Source: Utricularia gibba | Taxonomy: Eukaryota > Plantae > Magnoliophyta | Assembly: GCA_002189035.1 (NCBI GenBank) | Contig: NEEC01000008.1 | Location: 1,178,001-1,242,000 of the forward strand | Direction: 5' to 3' | DNA: 64,000 nt | Shown: in pieces, positions 1 to 12,375 of the stretch | Layout of the letters: every line of letters begins with the position of its first letter | Numbering within the stretch: position 1 is the first letter of the stretch | Notes under the pieces: model-generated | What the model was told of the DNA's origin: nothing | What the model saw: the letters and a program-made list of their open reading frames with translations, nothing else | Databases searched by the model: none | Made by a program: the position numbers and the translations under genes

Positions 1-358
1 CAGCCCTCTTTCCTCTGTGGCATTAGCCCCTTTTGAAAGGTACCTACACTTTGTTCAGCACATGTTAGGAGATGACAATAGGGTTGTGTACAGCCGGCCA
101 CTCATCACTCTACATTTTCTATTTATATTTTGGAACAAAAATTATGTTAAAATTGTTTATAAAATTTTTTTTTTAAATCATACAGCGCAATCACCAATAG
201 ATAAAATAGGAATAACCAACAAATGATAAATAAATAGGATAAAAGGGGATATTGAAATAGACCGAATTCGGATGGTAAAGGGGTCGGGTCGAAGCGGTGA
301 TCGGCCCAAAATTGTAAAGGCGGTGGAGTTCTGCTGTGAGGGCTTTCCTGGTTCCTCC

Positions 359-2701
359 ATGGCCGGACACTTCCTTCCGCCAGCCGAGCTCACTCCGAGC
401 GGCCGCCCGGTGCTGAAGCATGGTGAGGTTGAGTGCACGCTTCTATCGTCCGTTGACCTTCTCTCCGAGGAATTCCCTTCATTCCCCCATCTTAAGTCCG
501 GCCTCCTCATCCTCACCACACATCGCCTACTTTGGCTTCCGGGAGACACCGTGGCGCACAAAAGTTCGTCTTTTTTCATCCCTTTATCGGCAGTGCAGCA
601 AATTTTATCTAACAGGAAGTCGATCATGTCCATGTTCCATAGCCCGAGGATCCGCTTCCATCTTTCCACTTCGGAAGATGGGAGAGTTTCAGTCAATGGA
701 GTAGGAGCAAAATCATTGGTGATCACTTTGATTGTGAGGGATAAAACTGATACAGATTCATTTTTGGAGAAATTTTGGGATGTTTGGAGGGGTCGAGCAT
801 GGGAAGCATCGCAATCGGATTCTAGTCGAAATTCTGCGAGTGAGGAGGGATCGGATCATGGGTCATTGGCGATTCGAATGCCGGTTGTGGGAGTTGCAGG
901 AATATTGAGGAAAGAACAGGAAATGTGGGAGAACACGGACAAGAGTTTGCAGGATGCTTTTCAGGATCTGAATGCTCTCATGGTCTGTAAGTCCGTGACT
1001 GGAATTTTTCTATTGGGTTATGTTCCTTTATTGCTGTTTTGTTTTCATCTCATTGATGGCCTTGCTGCTGATGCATTGGTTGAACTTTAGAGTAAAGCAA
1101 AGGAAATGGTGATGCTCGCTGAGAAGATGAGATTAAAGCTACTATCAGGTCCAAGTAATCAAGGAGGTGGGCCGAACGATGACGAGACTGCTACTAAGGA
1201 AGAGATGCAGGATTGGTTGTTGAGTGTTGGTATTGTCTCTCCTGTCACCAAGGAATCTGCTGGTGCTTTTTACCATCAACAGTTATCACGTCAGGTATTT
1301 ATTTGGTCCAGTTAACGGCATGCCACTCGATATGCTTTCGATGATCAAGAATCTGTTCACGGTTAGTTGGCAGATTTTGTCAAGATACCTTTAGAAAGAG
1401 CTGGAGGTATGATGAACCTAATTGATATCTATTGCCTATTCAATCGTGCCCGTGGAACAGGTGTGTATTTTCTTGCGTTAAATTTCCTTCATTTTCTGCC
1501 TTTCTTGAAGTTCAATTGCAGTGGATCACGTCAAGTCTTTAGTATACGCTGTTTGCTATAACAGAGCTGATCTCACCGGATGATTTGCTTCAAGCATGTT
1601 CTCTCTGGGAAAAAATCAATGTGTATGCAAGCTTCTTTCTTGAGCTCATTCTTTGATTAAAAAAAAGGGTTGTCTTTTGGCTTTTTATGTTTATCTACTG
1701 AATTGGAATTACCACTGTCTCCATTAGTTTGAATATTTGTTTTCTATATGATAGTTCCGTGATGCTGAGAAAATTTGATAGTGGAGTTATGGTTATCCAG
1801 AGTAAAAGCCACAGTGACGATGAGGTGAATTCCTATTTTCTAGTGCTTGTTTGTGTTCATTATTGGTTCATGATCGGAGCTGTGTGACATTTTGTGAGAA
1901 ACGCTGTTCCTCCATATGTGTGGTCCTGAGCATAGATCCTAATGCTCTGGTTTCACATGTATCGCACACCACCTGTGCTACTGCATCTTGCGTTGTCGAT
2001 TCACAATCTCTCCAGCAGATTTTGGGTGATTTGCCTCTGAAACGTTTTAGGTCCTACCTTTTTCTCCTAGTCTAAACAAACCATGGTTCTTATCCCTAGC
2101 TCTAGGCAGTGATAATGTATAAACTTGCTCTTCTTGGGTGGCTTTCATCTTCTCAGAATGAAATATCGAAAAAATTGTCTTTCCCAAAGCATCTGTTGTG
2201 AAAGTGGTGTGTATTCCTTGATGGTGACAGTGGTATCTAAAATTTCCTCTTCTTATTCAGGTATTTGAAAGAATCCGGAAACTGGTTATGCAGCGCAACG
2301 CCTTGTTGACTGGCATCAGTCCCAGTGATGCTGCAATGACTCTGGGTGTGGCTCCAGCAATGGCAAAGGAGTATCTCCTCGCTGCTGAAGGAAAAGGCAT
2401 GCTATTTTTAACTCGCATCTTCAGCTGTTCGGTGACTTCTTATAGCAATCTTTGGTTGCAGGATTGCTCTGTAGAGACATCAGTCCTGATGGCTTCCGGT
2501 TTTATATTAATCTGTTCATAGAACTCAATCCCCGTGATCTGTACTGGTAAATGATACTGCAAACAGCATCATATTCACTGCCTTTTTTTTTTCAACGCAA
2601 GACTCTCTCATCACTCAGAAACTGTTCTCTGTATTTGATGGGACAGTGTGAAGGAGCACAGCAGATACAGTGCATGGAGCCAGGCCATCCTAAATCCGTA
2701 A
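359..2701 (+). CDS. VPS36: ESCRT-II subunit VPS36 (8 exons: 359-982, 1091-1294, 1367-1460, 1565-1622, 1755-1824, 2261-2396, 2462-2546, 2647-2701)
   Basis: GLUE-domain start ([10 protein letters not shown]...[12 protein letters not shown]), [29 protein letters not shown], winged-helix part ([26 protein letters not shown]) and [15 protein letters not shown]. Exons join in frame across six GT-AG introns and one GC-AG intron. Confidence 0.92.
2397..2461 (+). other. GC-AG intron (65 nt) in VPS36
   Basis: AAG|gcatgc...ttgcag|GA gives in-frame [14 protein letters not shown]. No GT donor lies at the required position. Confidence 0.75.
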
Positions 2702-4897
2702 AATGTCAGTTTTTCATGTGTGTGCCACAGATGAGAACTGTGAACTCGCAGTCTCTGGTTGTTTTCCTACTGAAATGGCAGGTGGAGGCAACCAAAGAAT
2801 ATTTCTGGTGGATGAAGAAGCCACCCCATCTTACAATGCTGGTGAACGCCTTGATTGCTCGATTGGAGTATAATGTTTACACACATTTCAGGTTTCATGA
2901 ACATTACATTTCTGATAGGCTTCTTTTCCAATCAGAATATGGTATTTGTTGCTGAAGCTTGTGCATCTGCAGCATTCAAGATCATTTTCCATACACTGAG
3001 CTTATGAAACCTATTTTCCGATCTTCTTTGATCCATTGACTGTCAAAGTTCAGTTCCACTCCAGATGCACATTTTTCCAGCCCACTGAGCACCAAGAGCT
3101 TGCAAGATAGACTGGTAGCCATCACTGAGTGCCTGGAAGTACCTGAAGTCCATTCAACATCTGATCCTGATGAGCAGTAATCAGAACATGGGGCTTGGCT
3201 TGGTATTTCACCATGAAACTGAGTCGATATTCGACGAAATCTCGACCGGAAAACGCAGGCGAACGAAACGAGACAAGGTGTGTACCTGAAGGCTGAGTCC
3301 ACTCAACATCTGCTTCTCCAAAAGGGAAATTAAACCAACACTAGTTTAGGTAGAAAAGCAGTCCCTGGGAATGGAGGAATGAGTTCACGAAAACGTAAGC
3401 CAAGAGCCCTTTGCAGTGCACAGAATCATCTCCTTCTCCTTGATTGCATCACTTCCCACATGATGTGCCTTCCTTCTCCTCTCCCAGCACTATCCCTCCC
3501 CATATGGCATATGGATCAAAAAATGAACATGAACAAATTTTTCGGGTTTCGAATTCGTTAATACAATTGTTTTACTTGGCTCCAACTAAGGCATGGATCT
3601 AAATTTCACTTTGCAATGTTATATGAAGGCAGGTGTTTCAAAGAATACTAGCAACATTTTGCTTATTCAATTACGTGCAGTGCATGGGAACATGCATCAT
3701 GACGTAGGAGAATACCCATAACTTGTCCCGTGTCCATACAAAACTATCAAAAGAAGATCCGTGTCTAAAAAACTGGTAACATTAGTGAGACGAGAATTTT
3801 CACTTAAGTTATGTTTGATTCCTCCTTTCGAGAAATATTGTCCGGGAAATATTTCTTGTAAAATAGAATTTGAATAATTCTGCAGATGATTATTATAATT
3901 TTTCATTTTTTATGAAATATAATAGATCGTATTTGATAATAAATTTATTTATGAAAAATGTTTAATGTAAATTAGTTTACTAGTTTTACATTATTTTTTT
4001 TTGTTATGTAAAATGAATTTTGGATTAAAATAATAGTATTTTTATTAAAAAAAATTAGGAAAATAACGAAAGTACTTAATTACAAAACACACCATTAGTG
4101 ATTGGGCCACTTTTTTAATTATTTGGTTCTTTGTGGTAGAAAAAATAATAGAAAAAGGGAATGGGTGGGGCAGGTAAATAGCAAAGTACCAAGGACCATT
4201 TCCTTATTTGGGCAATTTTAGGGACCACTTGGCGGAATTTGGCGGACATATACATACACTCACCCGTCTCTATCACACTTTCTATATATATAGATATTTA
4301 CAATTTATACCGGCTATCTCTTCTCCTGACTCCATGGCTTCCCCGCTTTCTTATCTGGTTCACCGTCAGGCGCCGTTTTGTTCTGTGCGTTTCTTCCTCA
4401 GATAAATGTATGTTGTATTGATGAAATTGGGTAATCGTAGTTGATGTGTGGAGATCTGCTGTGGTGTACGAGGTCGTAATTATTAGGTCAAACTCGCATT
4501 TATTGAGGATGCATTTTCACGTCTGTGATTTGTTGGTTAATGGGGATTTATTAGATTTGAGAGTGCTTTTTGCTGGCTTCTCTACGTATCCCGATTTTTG
4601 GTAAACTGTTGCTTTTCAGAGTTATGGTTTGATTCATCTTGGATGGTTACAGCTTACAGGGACAGGGTGGGTTTATCTTAGTTTTTTATTTATTGCTTCA
4701 AAATGTCGTACGTGCTTTTAATATCTTCTTGTTCATTTATGATGACTGCGGATCTCCAGGTGGAGATTAATTCCTTATTTTTTACTGGTGAGTTTCTTGG
4801 TGACATGAAAAAGCCTATGCAACTCATGATTTGTTTTGTGCAGTTGAGATAGTGCCCGTTGGAGTTTGTGGAAATTCTCTTTCTCTGCCGTAGTAGA

Positions 4898-6917
4898 ATG
4901 GGTCAACATAGCGCTTCTGAGAGTGAAGATGGTGGTGCATTCTCTGCAAATTCACCACTGAGTTCCAATGAAGGTGATAGTATTGGTGGAAAATCCACTG
5001 GCAATGGTGTTATTCTGAAGAAGGGTCCATGGACATCGGCTGAAGATGCAGTTTTGATGGATTATGTAAGAAAGAATGGCGAAGGTAACTGGAATGCAGT
5101 TCAGAAACACACGGGACTTGCACGGTGTGGAAAGAGCTGTCGTCTGCGTTGGGCTAACCACTTGAGGCCAAACCTTAAAAAAGGAGCGTTTACATTAGAA
5201 GAAGAGAGAGTAATAATCGAACTTCATGCCAAGATGGGAAATAAATGGGCAAGAATGGCTGCACATGTAAGTTTCTATCTTCTCCTGAGATGATCATTTC
5301 AATATTTAATGGCCAAGGTAATTAATTGTATACACTAATTTGTTCTCCTCGTCCGCTTTTCATAAACTTATATACACTATTTTTTCCCCACATGCTATTG
5401 AGAAATGGCAAGTCGTTTAGGGTGGTTCGTGTATGCTCTTTTTGTTTTTTGAAGGTTTATCAGCATCATCATATCATTCCAAACGTGAGCTAAGAACACC
5501 TAACATGTGTAACGGCTTCCTTTGTTTCAGTTGCCTGGGAGGACAGACAATGAGATAAAGAACTACTGGAATACTAGAATAAAGCGACGTCAGCGTGCTG
5601 GTCTGCCGCTTTATCCTCCTAATCTTTATCTTCCTGAACAATCGAAGAGCCATCAGCCACTTAGTTCACCTAGCAACTGCACTGAAGATTTTACAAGTTA
5701 TGATGATATTCTCCTCCCATATAATGACCACACGAAATCTGATTCCATGTCTGGTCTTTTTAGTAATTCTCACCAGAATCCAGAGTATGGTATATCTCCA
5801 AGTCTCTCAATTATATCTCCTCATAGCTACACTATTGCTGAACGACAAGACGAACCTGTGCTACACCATGTAAGCAGTGATGCTAGTGAGCCATCTCTTT
5901 TTGTTGCTTCTCGAGCTACTAGTCTTGAAGTCAACTGTTTGTCTCAGTCTTTCAGCATGACGTTTCCGGGTGACCACAGTCATTCGAGGAAAGCTATTGG
6001 TTTCTGTCAAGATACTCAGTTTGTATCTGGCATTATTCCCTCTGCTCCTAAGCATCCAATAGATGCTCAGAAGCTGGAGCTCCCTTCACTCCAATATCAA
6101 GAGACCAGTTCTGGTTTCTGGGATCCAAAATCCAAAGCATCGGATACTGTTACCCACTGCCCAGTATCAGGAGCTCTCTCATGGAATTGTCCTACCTCAG
6201 GAGGTAGTGGCCTGTTAGAAGATCTAATCTATGGAGCTAAGGCTCTGAGCAATTCAGACAGTCACTCTGCCTGCTGGGCCACTCCATGTAATATCAACCT
6301 TGAGGATCTACCTGGCAATTCTGCTTCAAATGGATGCTCAACCGGCAAAGCCAATTTTGATCCATTCTTAACTTCAGACTATCTAGTTGAGTTGGATTCC
6401 ATTGGACGAGTCGCTACCACCACCATGGGAAGTTCACTGGAAGACATCATTGGTAAGCATTATCCATCACCATAATCAATACTCTTTGCCCAAGCAGTTT
6501 GTTTTGCATCATGAGCAACTTGTACATTTTAGTGTTCTCCTCCTTTCTTTCTTTGAAAGTCACTTAATGATTACATAACACAAAAGCACATGTCTTTGAA
6601 AAAGCTTTAGACTATCAAAATTTCCGTGATGATACCTTTTCAGTCTGATCCATGTAGTGCACCACTTCAGACCGGTCACCGTAGACGAAAGCTGGATGTT
6701 ACTTGATGAAATGGGAAATGGTATGCATACTCTGAACAATTCCATGCCTGCCACAGTACTTGAATCTTGTGGGGATGCTAATTGAGTAGCCTATTTGCAT
6801 CAGATCACCGTTGCTCGGATGACTCTATTGCAGCTACTCTGGGTGATGCCTCAAAGCATCATTCTTCTTCTTCTACCTCTTGCCTGGAATAACATGCCTG
6901 CTGCCTGTCAAATATGA
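4898..6917 (+). CDS. GAMYB: GAMYB-like R2R3-MYB transcription factor (MYB33/65 class). Exons 4898-5266, 5531-6452 and a last exon from about 6658 whose conserved motifs are split across frames.
   Basis: [14 protein letters not shown]...[50 protein letters not shown] (box 1), KLELPSLQY (box 2, miR159 site), SGLLEDL, and terminal WNNMPAACQ at 6885-6911. Confidence 0.88.
6075..6095 (+). promoter_or_regulatory. miR159 target site TGGAGCTCCCTTCACTCCAAT
   Basis: Matches the canonical GAMYB-family miR159/319 site and encodes LELPSLQ in box 2. Confidence 0.9.
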
Positions 6918-8472
6918 GAAACTCCTTGAAACTGGTATTGCATGAAGCTGAGGATGGAGTTCCTGATTTCCACCAAAGAAAAATGTTTGTCCCTGTAATC
7001 GTTTTGGCAACATTATTTCTGCCCCTGTGCTGTATGCTCGATATGGTGCACTCCCTTGTAGCCCCTAATTGCCAAACGCACCATTTACCCACACTACCTG
7101 TTTTTCCTTTTTACATTTATTTAAATTTAAACTTTAAAATGTAATCATTAAATTTTAAAAAAAAATTACTTATAAAATATATATTATATGTTTATAAATG
7201 AAACTGTATTTTGTATATAAATTTTATGTGTATGTTTACAATGATACTATATTTGTATATAGGTTATTAATATATGATAAAAAAATAGATTAAAATTCAC
7301 TTAATTAAAAAAAATTATGTGAGACTAGAGTTTTTAAAAATACGGTTTGAAGGATTATGTAAATATTTTATAATTATTTAACTTAGGAGATCATAAGACT
7401 TCAATTAATAAGATCATGAGTAATCATCAAAAAAACTTTCTAAAATTTGCTGGTAAAAAACCAAAAAACTTTCTGCAAAAAATTAGGATCTTATCCACTT
7501 GAAAGCAATTTTATTACTTTGTTCTAGAAATCCAAAGTCTTTAAACCTAAGAATACATAGGTAATTACTCTGCATAATTCAAATCTTACAAAAGATCCAG
7601 GACAATTACTCTACAACTTTTGCAATATTATAAAGCCTCCCAATTGAATAATACAAGAGGTCAAAATGTTCAATCAAATGAATGTATTGTTATGTATGAG
7701 TGTTACCGAAATAACAAATTGATCGAAAAATTAAAAAAACAGACATCAAAATTTTATATAATTTACTATAAAATAAAATTGATATTCATGTTTAACTTCG
7801 AAAAAAATTTACTATTTCACCATAATAAATATAAATAAATTTACTTTAGGAAATTATTGGATTTTCCAAAAATTACATAGAACCATAATCATAAATATGA
7901 ATTAACATTATCTTTATTCAATCTTAGAAAATCACACAAGTTACTATTTGTTATTAGAATTCATATTTAGAATACTTGAGAAAGACAAGTTATTCTCTAT
8001 TTATAGAGTCGAATAACCAGTCAACATAGATTATAGATTTTATTCATTTTTTTTGTGGGCTACACACATGATAATTATAACATGAACACATGGAAATAGA
8101 AACATGTGATGACTTTGAAAGATTGTGCAAAAATAGTTTATTTTGTAATATTTTGAGTTGTACGCCGTGGTGTGTAACTTGTACCCCCTCTTTGTGCAAG
8201 GGAGGAAAGCCCTTGCTCGGAAATCCAGAAAGGGACAAAACCAAAGGGCTCTGTTGGAATCGCCATTGAAGCTGGATAGTCTATAGAAATAGGCTCCCTT
8301 TCATCTGGTCTTTGGATCTGGGTGGTGGGAATTCAGTTGTTTATCCGCTTAGATCTTCTGCTTATATTCGATCCGGGCTCTAACCTTCAGCTGAGTGGCT
8401 CGGCGTTTCTGGGTCATACCCAAGTTGGGATATCTTTTATGCATTCTTTTATGGTTGTGTGAATCTTGCATG

Positions 8473-10060
8473 ATGAGGAAGAAGCTGGATACACGGTTCC
8501 CTGCTGTAAGTTGATCTGTTTTTTCATCTCACATGTTCTTTTGTTTCTGACCACTGATCTGTTCTTGCGTGTTTGAAAGGAAAAAGTGAGGTTATATTTG
8601 CGTAGTTTTAATTGATGATGTTGGGATTCTGTTCTCTCTTCTTTTCACAATGGTGTCGATCTTTATGAAAATGGAAGGATCGGTTTTGTAGTATGATGGA
8701 AGGAAGAGATGAGCAGTTTCAATGAAATTGTTTACAAATTACACCATGCTAGCATTTTTCTGATTTATCTTCAAAAATATTACGTGCTGGGACTCTCAAA
8801 AGATTTCAACTTGGACGATTTTTAGCTTCATGAAACATAATGAACGCTTGCAATCTCCAGGCTCGGATCAAGAAGATAATGCAGGCTGATGAAGATGTTG
8901 GGAAGATTGCAATGGCAGTGCCTGTTTTAGTCTGTAAGCTCATGGTCTCAAATAGCTTTTCTGGTTTCTTTTTCCTTTTTTTGGTGGGGTGGGATTGAAT
9001 CTTAATTTGTTTTGTTGCTTCGTTTTTCATCCAGCCAAAGCGCTGGAGCTGTTTCTACAAGATCTTTGTGACCGCACATATGACATAACAGTACAGAGAG
9101 GGGCGAAAACGGTTAATTCACTGCATTTGTAAGTGCCGTTTTTATCATAAATGTAAACATGTTACTTTTCCTGTCATTTTATCTATCAAACCGCATCCTG
9201 ATACTGAGTCACTTATTTAAAATATCTAAGCTTCAGCTTCATTTCTTCTCACCATGCAGAAAGCAGTGTGTGCACAGTTATAACGTGTTCGACTTTCTGA
9301 AGGAAGTTGTTAGTAAGGTTCCTGACTTTACCAATTCCGATGGTGCAGCCGACTCATCCAAAAGAAGGTTTACACAGTTTTTTTTCTTCTGTGTATCTTT
9401 ATTCTGCTGAATGATTAGCCATTGATGGTACCTTCACTTTCAGCATCAGCTACGAAATCATATCTTTTTCCCTTGATTTCCAGGAGGATTGTTGCCAATG
9501 AATCAAATGACAGTGATGAAGAACTCAAGAGGGGAATCACCGTATGATTATTTTTTGATTCACTCAAAACAGTTTCTATGATGTATCCACAGTAATGCAA
9601 TCAGCTTCCATGGCATGTTCCAACTCGTTATTCTTCATTGCAGCAAGAAACATGTCACCCAACTGGTGCCGGCCGTGGAAGAGGAAGAGGCAGAGGAAGG
9701 GGGCGCGGACGAGCAAGCCGTGCAACTGAAAGAGAACCCCCTCACACCGAGACTGAAACTATTCCCTCTACTACTCATCAGAACACAAAGTTGACTCCTA
9801 GTTCAGATAACCACTACAACATCGATGAATCCACCAAGGAGGATCCAAAAGCTTCAGACTCTAGGAATTTTGATCTGAATGCTCAAGTAGACCACAGCTC
9901 AGATAAAATGACTTGCACTCCTGCGACGGCCGCAGCAGCATCCTCTGATGATTTTCCCGCTCTTTCTGAGATTGATAGGATGCCCATTGATCCAATTCAC
10001 ATCATGGAAGCAGGTTCTCGACCAGAAGAAGAAGAGGAAGACTACGACGAAGAGGTTTAG
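8473..10060 (+). CDS. DRAP1: Dr1-associated corepressor / NC2 alpha histone-fold protein (exons 8473-8505, 8861-8933, 9035-9128, 9260-9367, 9484-9541, 9644-10060)
   Basis: [67 protein letters not shown], a GRGRGRGR tract, RNFDLN and an acidic EEEEDYDEEV tail. All introns are GT-AG. Confidence 0.93.
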
Positions 10061-12375
10061 GCCAATGCTGACCAGTTAGCCATCTTCTTATCGTGGAACA
10101 CAATCTAGTTGTGTTTTAGAGGTAGTTTGGTTGTATACACAGATTTAGAAGGGACGCCAGGCGTCTGTGACAGTAGGAGTTTGGAAAAGATTTGCTCTAC
10201 TTCAACTTCGCCGTAGTTTTTATACAGTTATTTTGTTCTTCACAGCTGACATATGGAAGGAGACACGGGTTGACAAGGACACGGGGACACGTGTCCATAT
10301 TATACGTACGGTCGATTTTGTGGTGCTTTGCACGACACGCCAACTATGGCATGGTTTTTTCCCTTTCAAAAGGATCTCGTTTTTTAACTTATGAGGGTGT
10401 TTTTTTCTTACTGATGGGATTAAAAAAAATGAATATAATATTTATAAATTATGTTACTTTTTTTTAAAGATCACGTTTGATTTGAGAGTAAATGATTACT
10501 TTAATTTAATTTTATTAAGGATTATTTGTGAAAATTATCCAACTTTATCTTATAGACCGTTTGGATAATTAGAGATATATAATTAGATTGTTTAGTAGAT
10601 GAATTTGATATAGTTTAAAATAGCCAATTAAATAGAATATACGTATTTAAATGAATTTTTGATTGAGATAATTTTATTTAATCTCGCTTGTGAGTTGTGA
10701 TACTGTTCTGTAATTTGATATTAGAATTCATATCATGCAGAATAAAATGATTTTTAAAATTATAAATTATTTTATAAAAAATACAATATTGTATTATAAA
10801 ATTTAAATTATAAGTTATAAAGTTTAATATATTAAATTATTATAAAAATTAATATAATAATATATATGTATTTTGAAGTACATGAAAATTAAATAGTATA
10901 ATTTTTTGAATAATCTTTTATTTAATCATTAAAATGTAGACGAAATAAATTTAATATTTTTGAATTTACTTTAAAATCTTAATTTTTTTCTTTATTATAA
11001 AACAAAAAAATATTAGAATTTATAGAAATTAAATTAAATCAATTCAAAAAAATTAATGAAACACAACACTGATGTATTACAATATTTTGAAAAATTTTTA
11101 GAATTTATTTTTACTTTTCAAAAAATAAAAATAATTTTATTCTAGAAAACGATCAATTATCAAAATTAATTTGAAATAATATTAAAATAATTACTTTTGA
11201 AAAAATAATTAATGGTATATTATTACGTATATTTCTATTTTTTTACATATTTATTTGATTTGAAAAATAATTTTATATCTATTTTTATAGTTTTTTAGAA
11301 TAATTACAATCTTTTTTTTATTTATATCAACTATTTTTAACTTTCTAAAATATTTTTGAAAAATTAAAAATAAACTCTAAAAATTTTAGATAACGTTGAT
11401 TACATGTTTCCTTTATGTTGTGTAATCCCCAAAAATTTTTTTCTTACTAATTAATTTGTTTACGATAATTTTATCAATTTAAATAAACTAAATTAGTTAT
11501 ATTTGAAATTTGAATTCCCTAAACCAAAGGTACGGGAATGTGATCAGATTGCGCATAAACCTCAAACATATTTGTGTAGGCGTTAGGGCGATGCCCCGTG
11601 CGATGGTGGAACAATTCAATGGATGGTTTGAGAATTACCACATCGTGTCGGTTTAGTTAGTAGCAGCAACAGTGTGTGGGCTGCATCCATAAATGGCTTA
11701 CCATCACAACACAAACATGAACATGGGCAGAGAGAGAGATGAGTGTGTGGGCGGGAGCAGTGAGGTGGGGCTGCCGCATTCAATGGTGGGATGTTTTTGG
11801 ATTCACAAGCGCAGTAAATGCGCATCGGGTGAGTAGGGTCTTTCTTAAATGCTGTTTGCAATTCTGCAGAGAGGGGAACAGTGGAAAAAGAGAAGAGAAG
11901 AGAAGAAGCGCTTGTTGCTTCTGCACCGGTTCAAACAAACAGACTCTTGGAGTGAATACCAACAAGTTTTCTGGCTGACTGCACCGCTTCAGGTAATGAT
12001 TCCCAGCGAGAGAAGGACGAAGATGAGGGAGTTCAAGCTGGTTAGTGTTCCTGTTTGTCTGATTTTCAGGCTGGTGGCGTGGGGGCGCTGTTTCTTGGCG
12101 TTCTCTTCATCCCCTTCTTCCAAAAGTTGATCTTGAGAACGAGAATACATCACTTGCTCTACGAGCATTCTGAGTGAATCAGTTTCTAAACCTCGTACTC
12201 CTGAGAGGGTCTGCAAACGTCTTGTGGTTGAATGCAAGTGCTATTCTTTTTCAGGAGAAACCCCCTTGTGGTCTGGAATTGATTCCTGTACCCCTGAGTT
12301 CCCTTTTTCTGGGATGAATTGAGTTGCTGGGAGGTTTGAATCAAGAACTGGGGAAGAGGGTTTCTGCTCAGAAGG

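Noticed and set aside
272-358. In-frame upstream ATG extending VPS36 by 29 aa
   Set aside because: Homology starts near 359 and the extension is promoter/UTR-like. It cannot be supported without TSS data.
11849-12237. ORFs on both strands upstream of the sulfurase-like gene
   Set aside because: No recognisable domain. The region looks like a 5' leader with an intron (CAG|GTAATG near 11991).
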